From an uncultured Thermoleophilia bacterium (GTDB lineage: Bacteria; Actinomycetota; Thermoleophilia; UBA2241), in contig CAVVTV010000025.1 of NCBI GenBank assembly GCA_963751215.1, positions 58,745-122,744 on the forward strand: a stretch of DNA of 64,000 bases, written 5' to 3'. The notes beneath the pieces are model-generated. The model made no database searches and was not told the DNA's origin. It saw nothing but the letters and a program-made list of their open reading frames with translations. Made by a program: the position numbers and the translations under genes. Of this stretch, positions 31,966 to 40,897 are shown piece by piece. The first letter of the stretch is position 1, and every line of letters begins with the position of its first letter.

Positions 31966-33618
31966 TCAGAGCCCGACGCGGCTTTCGGCCACCGAAAGAG
32001 CCTTGGCGAGCGTCACCCTGAAGCGCACGGTGTAGGCGCCCGCCGCCCCCGCCTTGAGGACGATGAAGCGGTCCGGCCCGAGACTGAGGCTGCCGGGGCC
32101 GCCCGAGAGCACCCAGTACGGCGACCAGGAGACCTTGACCAGGTAGTCGCCCGGACGATCGACGGCCACCGTGATGCTCTGATGCCCCATGCTGAGCACA
32201 CGAGCCGTGCCCTTGTGCGAGCCCACGACCAGCGGCGCCGGCTTGCGCAGCCGGTAGATCACCCACTGGCCGGCGCGCTGTACCTGCGCGAAGGCCGGGG
32301 AGGTCTTCAGTATGGTCGCCTCACGATCGCTCCACTCGTCCAGCGGGGCGTTGGGCAGAAAGACGTACTCCACGCCCATGCGCTTCAGCCAGGCCACATA
32401 CATCGCCGCGTTGTAGTTCTGGTAGAAGAGACCGTTGTGAATGGCGTCGGCCTGACGGTACCAGCCCCGCGTGATGGCAAACCCGGCCTCGGGGAAGTAG
32501 GCGGCCTCCCAGTGCCGGCGCAGCGCCACCACGTGGATGCGGTAGTTGGGGTCGTAGTGTTGAGCAGCCACCTTCAGGGCCGGGGCGAAGAACGACGCGT
32601 GGGTCTGCGGCCACTCGTTGGTTCTCGTGAAGTGACTGTACGACGTGCTGAACTGGAGGATGGCGAACAGCACCACGACCACCATCGCCAGGTCGCCCGT
32701 AGGGTATGGCCGCCGCAAGGTGGAGTGCCGCAGCAGGTAGAGAAGCGGCAGGCCGAACACCATGAAGAACCGCCCCACGTTGTTGCCGAGGGGGCTTCCC
32801 GGTGTAACGAACGACGCCACGCACACGACCGCGTACACGGCGAAAAGGATCAGGAAGGGCCGCCGCGGATGGTCGGCGTTCACGCCGGCCACCCCTATCC
32901 CGGCCAGGCCGAAGCCGAGGAAGAGCAGGAGCTGCGTGGTCTGGTTGAGGTAGGCACCGGGCTCGGAGAACACCGCCCCCAGGAACAGGCGAGCGACGAT
33001 GAACGGCGCGCACGCCAGGAAGAACACGAGGTAGCGCCGGCGCAGCTCGCGCCGCGCCGCGAAATCGCCCAGCATGAAGATGCCGGCGATCACGAAGGCC
33101 AGGGGATTGGCGAAGATCCCGACGGCTACGGGCAGCGCCGCCAGCACCGGGCGCCCGCGGGCCACCAGCACCAGGCCGCCCATGGTCAGCGCCAGGCCGA
33201 GGACGAACGGGTCCTGCCCGTTGGAGAGGTAGAAGGCCATCACCCCCACTAACAGCCAGGACGGCCAGACGTCGTCGATCTTCCACATGTCGCGCTGGTA
33301 GAGGTAGTACAGGGGCGGCAGCGCCCCGGCGGCGAGCACGGCGATCACCTTGGCCGGCACGAACAGGGCGAGCACGTAGAACACGAACCCGTAGTTGACG
33401 GCGCCGTAGCCGCCGCCGTACCAGTAGTTGTCCCAGAAGATCGACTGGCCGTGACGGAGCAGGTAGACCTTGTAGACGTGGGCGGCATCGTCCCACCCGG
33501 GAACGCCGCCGTGCCACATGAGCAGCGCCACCACCGCCGCGGAAACCGTGGCCACCAGCCAGAGGAAGATCACGCCGCGAGGCGACTTGAAGCGCGCCTC
33601 GATGCCGGCCCGCGTCAC
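31966..33618 (-). CDS. Polytopic membrane protein with C-terminal extracytoplasmic domain, GT-C-like (paralog B)
   Basis: 550 aa; first loop GWDDAAHVYKVYLLRHGQSIFWDNYWYGGGYG, about 12 TMs, C-terminal ...ITRGWYRQADAIHNGLFY...; ATGA overlap with the paralog A stop. Family assignment by architecture only. Confidence 0.6.
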   Translation of the reverse strand: MTRAGIEARFKSPRGVIFLWLVATVSAAVVALLMWHGGVPGWDDAAHVYKVYLLRHGQSIFWDNYWYGGGYGAVNYGFVFYVLALFVPAKVIAVLAAGALPPLYYLYQRDMWKIDDVWPSWLLVGVMAFYLSNGQDPFVLGLALTMGGLVLVARGRPVLAALPVAVGIFANPLAFVIAGIFMLGDFAARRELRRRYLVFFLACAPFIVARLFLGAVFSEPGAYLNQTTQLLLFLGFGLAGIGVAGVNADHPRRPFLILFAVYAVVCVASFVTPGSPLGNNVGRFFMVFGLPLLYLLRHSTLRRPYPTGDLAMVVVVLFAILQFSTSYSHFTRTNEWPQTHASFFAPALKVAAQHYDPNYRIHVVALRRHWEAAYFPEAGFAITRGWYRQADAIHNGLFYQNYNAAMYVAWLKRMGVEYVFLPNAPLDEWSDREATILKTSPAFAQVQRAGQWVIYRLRKPAPLVVGSHKGTARVLSMGHQSITVAVDRPGDYLVKVSWSPYWVLSGGPGSLSLGPDRFIVLKAGAAGAYTVRFRVTLAKALSVAESRVGL

Positions 33619-35390
33619 TCGTGCAGCTCCGCGGCCGCCACGCTCTCCAGGTCGAAGCGCAGCAGGTACAGACCCGGCGCCGGCGCGTCGAACACCGTGA
33701 AGCCGTACTTGTCGCTGCTCAGGGTGGAGTCGGAAAGTGTCTCAGACGTAGGAATCCCTTGTCCGTCGGGGCCGTAACGACCCCGACGCCCGAGGTCGTC
33801 CGGCTGTCGCACCACGATCCAGTACGGCGAGAAGGTGAGCTTAATCAGGTACCGGCCGGGTCGACTCACGCTGAAGAACATGGTGGTGTGACCCATGCTG
33901 GAGACCGAGGCCGAGCCCCGTGCCAGAGGCACCACCAGAGGCTCACTGTGCGCCAGGCGATAGACGGTCCACTGCGCGTCGCGAAAGACGACGGTGAAAG
34001 CGCTCGAGGTGCGCAGGATGGCGGCTTCGCGCACCGAGGTCGAAACCAGGGGGGCGTGCGGCACGAACACGTATCGCACGCCCATGCGTCGCAGCCAGGT
34101 GCAGTAGGCGCCGGCGTTAAGGCTGCTGCTGTAGAGCTCGGCGTTGTGTAAGGCGTCAGCCTGCCGGTACCAGCCGCGGGTGATGGGGAAACCCGCGGCC
34201 GGGAAGTAGTACGACTCCCAATGCATCTGTGGCGTGACGATGTGAAAGCGGTAGTCGGGTTGGTACACCCGCGCCGCGTACTTCAGCGCCGGGGCGAAGA
34301 AAGCCGCCTTGGTAGCGGTGAAGCTCTCGGCGTGGGCGAGCAGCCACACGGGAAACGCGAGCTGAAACACGAACACGGCGACGACGATAAGCACGGGCGC
34401 AAGACGCGCCAGCCGGCTGGGGCGAGCCACGACGAGCAGTAGCGGCGCGCCAAACACGTAGAAGAAGCGCGCGGCGTTGCTGCCGATAGGCGTGTCGGGC
34501 ACCAGGTATGCCGGTACCACCACCACAAGCAGCCCCACGAAGACCCACTGCAGCGCGCGCCGCTCGGGCACCGGGCAGCGACGAGCGAGCAGGATGCCGA
34601 GACCGGCGACGGCCGCCAGGCCCAGCAGCTCCGAGGTGTAGTGGTACTCCCAGGACGGGGCCGCAAAGATCGCTGCCAGAGCGACCCGAGCGGCCAGGAA
34701 GGGAAGCATGGCGAGACCGAACACCACCGTGGGCCGGCGCGCCTCGCGGCGCGCGACAAGGGCCCCGAGCAGGAACACGATGCCCGTGACCAGCCCCAGC
34801 GGATTGGTGAACAGACCGAGAGCACAGGGCAACGCCGCCAGCAGCGGCCGCCGGCGCGCGAGCAGCACCAGCCCGCCCATGGTGAGGCACATGGCGAGCA
34901 GGAAGGGCGACTGGCCCCAGGCGAGGTAGACGACCATGACCGCGGCCAGGGCCCAGGCGGCCCCGGAGTCGCGCACACCCCACGCGTCTTTGAGGTAGAG
35001 GTAGAAGAAGAGTGGCAGCAGCCCTCCCGACAGCACCGTGATAACGGCTCCGGGAATGAACTGAGCCAGCCAGTAGTAGACGAGGCCGTACGTTATGGCA
35101 CCGTAGCTACCTCCGTACCAGTAGTTGTCCCAGAGCACCGACTGGCCGTGCTTCAGCAGAGCGATCTTGTAAAGGTGGGCCGGGTCGTCGCCGCCGGAAA
35201 CACCGGCCAGATGCATGGTGAGGAGGGCCGCGGCCAGCGCCGCCACGGGCACCACGGCAAGCCAGACCAAGGAGCCCCTGCGGGGGACGCGCAGTGACCG
35301 CGCGCGGGCCACCAGAACGGCGGGCGTGCTCAAGGGCGCGGTCCGCCCATCCGCATGGCCGCGACGAAGGTCTCGGCCAGCTTCCGGCAA
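33615..35390 (-). CDS. Polytopic membrane protein with C-terminal extracytoplasmic domain, GT-C-like (paralog A)
   Basis: 591-aa ORF; GGDDPAHLYKIALLKHGQSVLWDNYWYGGSYG..., ...ITRGWYRQADALHNAELY...; roughly 40-45% identical by eye to paralog B. Start uncertain: ATG 35390 overlaps the upstream gene by 61 nt; TTG 35333 would give a TTGA stop/start overlap. Confidence 0.6.
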   Translation of the reverse strand: MPEAGRDLRRGHADGRTAPLSTPAVLVARARSLRVPRRGSLVWLAVVPVAALAAALLTMHLAGVSGGDDPAHLYKIALLKHGQSVLWDNYWYGGSYGAITYGLVYYWLAQFIPGAVITVLSGGLLPLFFYLYLKDAWGVRDSGAAWALAAVMVVYLAWGQSPFLLAMCLTMGGLVLLARRRPLLAALPCALGLFTNPLGLVTGIVFLLGALVARREARRPTVVFGLAMLPFLAARVALAAIFAAPSWEYHYTSELLGLAAVAGLGILLARRCPVPERRALQWVFVGLLVVVVPAYLVPDTPIGSNAARFFYVFGAPLLLVVARPSRLARLAPVLIVVAVFVFQLAFPVWLLAHAESFTATKAAFFAPALKYAARVYQPDYRFHIVTPQMHWESYYFPAAGFPITRGWYRQADALHNAELYSSSLNAGAYCTWLRRMGVRYVFVPHAPLVSTSVREAAILRTSSAFTVVFRDAQWTVYRLAHSEPLVVPLARGSASVSSMGHTTMFFSVSRPGRYLIKLTFSPYWIVVRQPDDLGRRGRYGPDGQGIPTSETLSDSTLSSDKYGFTVFDAPAPGLYLLRFDLESVAAAELHE

Positions 35391-36709
35391 CGCGGCAGCG
35401 AGGGGAAGAGCGTGGTCGCGAGGCCGGTCCGGCCGAGAGCGAAGCCCTCGGCCGGACCGGCCTCGCCGGGCGCCCCGATCTGGTAGGCAAACGATTCCTG
35501 CTCGAGCAGCAGAAACTCAAGATCGAACATCTCGTAGAGGAGATTGTCTCCTTCGTCGAACGGGTTGTCGCGGGCCGCTCTCGCGTCTACGTAATGGGGG
35601 CGCTCATACCACTCCAGCACTTCCGCCTCGGCGGGCACGATGCCGGTGAGGGCGTGACTGCGCCCCCGGCTGTCGGCCAGCCGCCGCAGCAGGAGCAGCG
35701 CGCCCCCACCGAACGCCAGCGTGGGCAGCCCGTCGGCGATGGCCTGCGAGAGAGCCGCCTGTAGCTCGGTATTCTCCACGAATGAGGGCAGTTGCTCGTC
35801 GTCGAGCTGCCCGGCGAGCAGAAGGCCGCTCACGTCGGGAGGGAGCTCCCGGTCACGGGAGATGTTGAGGGGCGCGAGCTCCAAGCCCATGGCCTGGAGC
35901 ACGTCGATGTTCTCCAGGCCGAACGGCTCCAGCGGTGGTCCCCAGGCGACGGCCAGCACCAGCCCCGTGGCGGCCGGCAGCGGCGCCAGGATCCGGCTTT
36001 CGCGGCTCGGCAGAAAGCCTCTTCTGGTGGCCGCCGCGGCCAGCTCTTCGTGGCGCAGATACGTGCCCGCTTCGGCGCACAGGCGTGTTTCGCTGCCCTT
36101 GGCGGGGCGCGGACCAAGCTGGCGCACCGCGCTCGAGGCCGCCATGTACTGGCGGGCGAACTGCTCGCTAAGCTGCGGCGGAATCCAGCCGAGCACGGGG
36201 ACGGAGGCGGCGCGCAACACCGCGGCCAGCTCGGCGCCGGCAGCGCGTTCGTCGCCGCCGACGACGATAACGCCGGCGAGGTCGACCCGCGGAGCGAGGG
36301 CGCGCACGCCGTAGACGGCCGCCCCCGCCGTAGCGCCCCGCTCCCGTGCGTCTAGCACGAGCACGAGGGGCGCGTCCAGGGCGGTGCACACGTCGACGGC
36401 GCGTGAGCCCTTGACGCCCTGCCAGCGGTCGAGCACCGGCTCCACGGCCACCGCCAGCAGCAGCTCGCAGCCTCTGCTCCAATGGTCGTTGAGCTCGAAC
36501 GCCACGTCGGCACCGTGCAAGGCCAGGTCGAGCACGCGCGGCGCTTTGGCGCCGCTTGCATACAGCAGGCGCCAGAGCGGCAGGTCGAGACCGACGCTCA
36601 CCGGGCGCACGGCGCGTTGCGTCTCGGAGGAGGCGAGCAACGCTCCGGCGGCGAGGGCTACGGCAGGCCCTGACTCGAGCCCGCCCACGACGAGCCGGGG
36701 CACGGACAT
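35330..36709 (-). CDS. CobB/CbiA (cobyrinate a,c-diamide synthase)-like protein with degenerate ATPase and amidotransferase motifs
   Basis: 459 aa, SD AAGGAGG upstream. Collinear with CbiA as I recall it: ...LDAPLVLVLDAR...VDLAGVIVVGG...VPVLGWIPP...; ...LVLAVAWGPP...; ...GLPTLAFGGGALLL...; but P-loop GxGKT is GGLESGPAV, AECGG is AFGGG, GHEFH is YEMFD. Confidence 0.7.
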   Translation of the reverse strand: MSVPRLVVGGLESGPAVALAAGALLASSETQRAVRPVSVGLDLPLWRLLYASGAKAPRVLDLALHGADVAFELNDHWSRGCELLLAVAVEPVLDRWQGVKGSRAVDVCTALDAPLVLVLDARERGATAGAAVYGVRALAPRVDLAGVIVVGGDERAAGAELAAVLRAASVPVLGWIPPQLSEQFARQYMAASSAVRQLGPRPAKGSETRLCAEAGTYLRHEELAAAATRRGFLPSRESRILAPLPAATGLVLAVAWGPPLEPFGLENIDVLQAMGLELAPLNISRDRELPPDVSGLLLAGQLDDEQLPSFVENTELQAALSQAIADGLPTLAFGGGALLLLRRLADSRGRSHALTGIVPAEAEVLEWYERPHYVDARAARDNPFDEGDNLLYEMFDLEFLLLEQESFAYQIGAPGEAGPAEGFALGRTGLATTLFPSLPRCRKLAETFVAAMRMGGPRP

Positions 36710-36814
36710 GAGGGGGTCCTCCTTTCGGCCGCTCGCCTCCCGCCACAGGTTGCAGTCAGCGTGCGCAACGGACTTCCGGTCCCGGCATAGAATACCTTAC
36801 TGCACCGTCGATGA

Positions 36815-38665
36815 TTGGCAGACCGGATGGACCTTCGCAGACAGCTGCGCGATGTATTGTGGGCCAGGGTGCTCTTTACACTGGCCCTTCTCATGGGCGT
36901 GCTCTGGGTTCAGGTGGAGGACCACGGTTGGGTGCCCTCTCAGCTCGCCATCATGATGGGCGTCCTGCTCATCGCCAACGTCCCGTTCTTCATTCGTCAT
37001 CGCAGCGCCGAGACACGCGGGGTCGCCGGCGCCATCGTCACCGTCGATCTTGCGCTGGTCACCGCGGCCACCATCTTCAGCGGCGGCGCGCTCAGCGCCA
37101 CGGCTATCTTCTACGTGTGGCCCATCGTGTTCGCCAGCGTCTTCCTACCCGCTTGGGTACCCTACGCCGCCGCGGCCGCGGCCGGGGCCGCTTACGCCGG
37201 CGTGTGGGAGCTGCAGCATGCGGGCTTGCTGTCCGCCACCACGCTGGGCGCCCAGGTGGCCGCGCCGTCCGCCTGGATGCTCATCGCGGTATGCCTGCAC
37301 GTGGCGGCCTTTCTTCTCATCGCCCTGCTGGCCGGGCGCCTGGCCACGGCGCTAGTGCGCAGCACGGTGCAGCTCGGCACCGCCAAGGCCGACACGGAGG
37401 CTCAGCTCCTGCGCATGCGCGCCGCCAACGAGCAGCTGCGTGTGATGAGCGAGAGCAGCCGCGTGTTCCTTCGCCATCAGGATGTGGATGGTCTTGTGTT
37501 GGAGGCGATCAGGCAGATGGCGGGCACGGCGGGCCTGGGCACCGGTTTTGCCCTCGTCCTCAACCACAACAGCGGCGAATACGAGGAGAAGGCCGCCCAC
37601 GGCAAGATCGATAGCGCCCTGGTGCGGCGCCTGAGGGAGCTCGGCATCATCGAGCTCGCCCGAGCGGGCTCCCACCAGTTCGAGGAGGCCACCGACCCCA
37701 AGGTCGGCCATATCCTCAAGATCGTGGAAAAGGAAGGCTTTCACGGATTCCTGGCCGCGCCGCTGGAGGCCAAGAACGAGCTGCTCGGCGTGGTGTGCCT
37801 CCTGTACCGGCGAGACGAGCCGGTGAGCGAGTCGTCTGTGGCCACCCTGCGCGCGCTGTGCGATCAGGTGGCCCTGGTGGTGCGCAATATCCAGTACAAC
37901 GACGAGCTCGCCCGCAAGAACGACGAGCTCACCCACCTCGACCAGCTCAAGAGCGACTTCATGGCCACCATGAGCCACGAGCTGCGCACACCCCTCACGT
38001 CGATCATCGGCTATAGCGACATGCTGCTGAGTGGCATGACCGGCGAGCTCAACGACAAGCAGGCGGGGTTCGTCGACAGCATCCTGCACGGCGGAGAGTC
38101 GCTCCTCAATCTCATCAACGACGTTCTCGACCTCACCAAGATCGAGGCCGGCCGGCTCGAGCTCAACCGTGAGTCGGTCGACCTGCGCGCGGCGCTGCTC
38201 GGCGTGCTGCCCGTCATCAAGCCTCGGGCACAGGACAAGCGCATACGCATCTCCACCTTCCTGCCCACCGATCTGCCTCTGGTGGGCGCCGACCCGGGCA
38301 AGCTCAACCAAATCCTGCTCAACTTGCTTACCAACGGCATCAAGTACACGCACGAGAACGGGAGCGTGAGCGTGGAGGCGCGCACCGTTGGTGACATGGT
38401 CGAGATATGGGTGAACGATACGGGCATGGGCATCGCCAAGGAAGACCAGGTCAAGGTGTTTCAACGGTTCACGCAGATCGACTCGTCGGCGACGCGCTCG
38501 CAAGGTGGCACCGGGTTGGGTCTCGCCATCGTCAAAGAGCTGGTGGAACTCCACGGCGGCTCCATCCGCCTGCAGAGCAAGCTCGGCAAGGGCTCCAGCT
38601 TCATCTTCACCATGCCGATATCTAACAAGCCGGCCGACCCGCTGTCTGCGGGCAAAATAAGCTGA
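36815..38665 (+). CDS. Sensor histidine kinase (polytopic N-terminus, GAF, HisKA, HATPase_c)
   Basis: 616 aa; ...FMATMSHELRTPLTSIIGYSDML..., ...NLLTNGIKYT..., ...DTGMGI..., ...GGTGLGLAIVKELVELHGG... Start TTG 36815 or ATG 36827; TAGAAT at 36788-36793. Confidence 0.9.
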   Translation: MADRMDLRRQLRDVLWARVLFTLALLMGVLWVQVEDHGWVPSQLAIMMGVLLIANVPFFIRHRSAETRGVAGAIVTVDLALVTAATIFSGGALSATAIFYVWPIVFASVFLPAWVPYAAAAAAGAAYAGVWELQHAGLLSATTLGAQVAAPSAWMLIAVCLHVAAFLLIALLAGRLATALVRSTVQLGTAKADTEAQLLRMRAANEQLRVMSESSRVFLRHQDVDGLVLEAIRQMAGTAGLGTGFALVLNHNSGEYEEKAAHGKIDSALVRRLRELGIIELARAGSHQFEEATDPKVGHILKIVEKEGFHGFLAAPLEAKNELLGVVCLLYRRDEPVSESSVATLRALCDQVALVVRNIQYNDELARKNDELTHLDQLKSDFMATMSHELRTPLTSIIGYSDMLLSGMTGELNDKQAGFVDSILHGGESLLNLINDVLDLTKIEAGRLELNRESVDLRAALLGVLPVIKPRAQDKRIRISTFLPTDLPLVGADPGKLNQILLNLLTNGIKYTHENGSVSVEARTVGDMVEIWVNDTGMGIAKEDQVKVFQRFTQIDSSATRSQGGTGLGLAIVKELVELHGGSIRLQSKLGKGSSFIFTMPISNKPADPLSAGKIS

Positions 38666-38680
38666 AGGAGGGCTCCCACA

Positions 38681-39049
38681 GTGGCCAAGGCCATTCTGGT
38701 CGCAGATGACGACCCCGACATCCTGAGCATCGTCTCCATGTCTCTGGAGACTCAGGGCTACTCAGTGTTCAGAGCCACGAACGGGCGTGAGGCCGTCGAC
38801 TTGGCCAAGACGCATCACCCCGACCTCGTGCTCATGGACATGATGATGCCGATCGTCAGCGGCTACGAGGCCGTCGCGCAGATCAAAGCCGATCCCGCGA
38901 CGCGTGACATCACCATCGTGGGCCTCTCCGCCAAAGCCATGGCCACCGATATGGAGCGCGCCACCGACGTGGGCATCGACGGCTACATCACGAAACCGTT
39001 CCGCATCGCCCAGGTGCTCACCGTCGTCGAGAGCTACCTTCAGGTCTGA
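38681..39049 (+). CDS. Single-domain (CheY-like) response regulator
   Basis: 122 aa, GTG start with SD GAAGGAGG; MAKAILVADDDPDILSIV...DLVLMDMMMPIVSGYE...GLSAKAM...GYITKPF... Confidence 0.9.
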   Translation: MAKAILVADDDPDILSIVSMSLETQGYSVFRATNGREAVDLAKTHHPDLVLMDMMMPIVSGYEAVAQIKADPATRDITIVGLSAKAMATDMERATDVGIDGYITKPFRIAQVLTVVESYLQV

Positions 39050-39074
39050 ACCACAGAGCAGGCGCCGCGATGAG

Positions 39075-39100
39075 GCCCGTTGCCTCTTCAGGCAACGGGC
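39075..39100 (+). terminator. Strong hairpin (10-bp stem, 6-nt loop) 26 nt after the response regulator stop; no U-tract
   Basis: gcccgttgcc-tcttca-ggcaacgggc. Confidence 0.35.
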
Positions 39101-39142
39101 AGGAGCCGGCGCCCGGACGGCGTACTTCTTTGCAGGACCGTC

Positions 39143-39322
39143 ATGCAGAACCGCTTCACACCTCACCTGCCACCCATGCTGTGCGTCGCGGACGTTGATA
39201 CTCGCCTCACGTGCAGCACCTTCTGCGCCCTGTGCCCGCACTACGTGCGCGACCGCCGTGCCGGAGAGCGCCGCGCCAGCCCGCGACGCACGCACGACCG
39301 TCGCGTCCTGGGCCGCATCTAG
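39143..39322 (+). CDS. Candidate small Cys-rich/Arg-rich protein (59 aa)
   Basis: MQNRFTPHLPPMLCVADVDTRLTCSTFCALCPHYVRDRRAGERRASPRRTHDRRVLGRI. Third-position G+C counted by hand at about 83% in this frame versus about 70% in the +1 frame. Weak SD AGGA 5 nt upstream. Shares DRR(A/V)GERR with the 21955 ORF. Confidence 0.25.
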   Translation: MQNRFTPHLPPMLCVADVDTRLTCSTFCALCPHYVRDRRAGERRASPRRTHDRRVLGRI

Positions 39323-39517
39323 CCCGGCGCGGCACGGCGGCGGACCTGCCGCCGGCGCCTATCATGCTCCCCGTGCTTCTGCCGATATCGGAGGTAGTCG
39401 ACGCAGTCGAACTACCGAGCAGAGCACCGCACTGGCACCGCTCAGTAGTGGCGATGTCTACGAGAGGCGCTCCCGACGGACAAGCCAGCCGATCAGAAGC
39501 GAGGCGGCAGTCTCGGC

Positions 39518-39523
39518 TATAAG
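39518..39523 (+). promoter_or_regulatory. Possible -10 box TATAAG, 6 nt upstream of GTG 39530 (leaderless), non-canonical last base
   Basis: ggcTATAAGcgtggaGTGagc. Confidence 0.2.
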
Positions 39524-39529
39524 CGTGGA

Positions 39530-40897
39530 GTGAGCCTGGAGCTCAAGACCACGGCGCTGATCGCCGTCGTGCTCGCCGGCTTCTTCCTGATCGCCAACCG
39601 CTGGCTGGACCTGGGGTCGGCCTGGCAGCTCGCGGTCGCGCTGCTGACCGTCTTCGCCCTCGTCACGATCGCCGTGGACCTCTGGATCTACCGGCCGCTG
39701 CACAGCCTCATCCGCCGCTCGCGCAAGCGCCTCGGGGGCAACTACGAGCGTAGCGACCCCTACTATCGCGACGAGGTACACGAGCTCGGCTATCTCGTGG
39801 GCACCCTGATCGCCGTATTCACGGCGGCCGAAGACAAGGAGTGGGTCTCTCAGAGCATCAAAGACGACCTCATGCGCGTGCAGTCTCTCAACCGGCAGCT
39901 CATGGATGTCGGCGAGCTCGGCAAGGAGATGAACGCCGCCCTTCCGTACCGTGAGACGGTGGAGAGGGTGCTGTCACGCAGCAAGGCCTTCTTGCACGCC
40001 GACTTCGCGGCCCTGCTGCTCCTCGACGCCGAGGCCCGCGCCTTCTCCCTGGAGGGTGCCCAGGGGGTGCTTTCGCCCACCCTCTCCGCCGAGTGCTGCG
40101 CCTTCACGCCCGACTGCCCGGTGCGCCAGGCCATCAGCAGCGGCCGCCTGGTGCGCATGGCCGACCATGCCTGCGCCCTGTTCCCGCGCACCATGCGCGA
40201 CCAGGTGGTCATCCCGGTGAAGGTCGAGAACGTGGGCGACATGGCCGTGCTCGCGACCTCCACGACCGGCGACTATGTGGCGCTGCTCACCGACGACATC
40301 CTGGGGGCGCTGCAGAACCACGTGCAGAGCGCCCTCAGCAACGCGCACAAGTACGACGCCATCCGCCGCCAGGTGGTCACCGACCATCTCACCCGGCTCT
40401 ACAACCGGCGCTACTTCATGAACCGCGCCGCCGAGGAGATCGAGCGGAGCTTGCGCCACCAGGCGCCTCTCAGCGTGCTCATGATCGACATCGACCACTT
40501 CAAGGATTTCAACGATACCTATGGCCATGCGACCGGCGATCGTGTGCTGCAGACCGCGGCCCGAGCCATGCAGGACGCCCTGCGCACCTCAGACATCTGC
40601 GCCCGCCACGGCGGAGAGGAGTTCGCGGTGCTCCTGCCCAGCACGCCCGGCGAGAACGCCCTCCACGTGGCCGAGCGTGTGCGCCACACCCTCGGCGGTA
40701 CGCGCTACACAGGGCTGGGATTGCCGCCCGAGGTGAACATCACGATCAGCGTCGGCGTGGCCACCTGCCCGCGCGACGCCACCGAGCTCGACGCCCTCAT
40801 GGAGCTCGCCGACCAGGCACTCTACCGCGCCAAGGCCGCCGGTCGCGACCAGGTGGTGCTACACGGCGCCGACCAGCGCCAGCATGTCAGAACCTGA
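39530..40897 (+). CDS. Diguanylate cyclase (2 TM, linker, GAF-like, active GGEEF domain)
   Basis: 455 aa; ...DHLTRLYNRRYF..., ...VLMIDIDHFKDFNDTYGHATGDRVL..., ...RHGGEEFAVLLP..., ...ADQALYRAKAAGRD... Confidence 0.9.
   Translation: MSLELKTTALIAVVLAGFFLIANRWLDLGSAWQLAVALLTVFALVTIAVDLWIYRPLHSLIRRSRKRLGGNYERSDPYYRDEVHELGYLVGTLIAVFTAAEDKEWVSQSIKDDLMRVQSLNRQLMDVGELGKEMNAALPYRETVERVLSRSKAFLHADFAALLLLDAEARAFSLEGAQGVLSPTLSAECCAFTPDCPVRQAISSGRLVRMADHACALFPRTMRDQVVIPVKVENVGDMAVLATSTTGDYVALLTDDILGALQNHVQSALSNAHKYDAIRRQVVTDHLTRLYNRRYFMNRAAEEIERSLRHQAPLSVLMIDIDHFKDFNDTYGHATGDRVLQTAARAMQDALRTSDICARHGGEEFAVLLPSTPGENALHVAERVRHTLGGTRYTGLGLPPEVNITISVGVATCPRDATELDALMELADQALYRAKAAGRDQVVLHGADQRQHVRT

Noticed and set aside
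36710-36814. Possible cobalamin riboswitch upstream of the CobB/CbiA-like gene.
   Set aside because: Only about 105 bp are available, which is too short. I see no B12-box-like sequence. The region holds an AAGGAGG SD on one strand and a TAGAAT box for the divergent kinase on the other.
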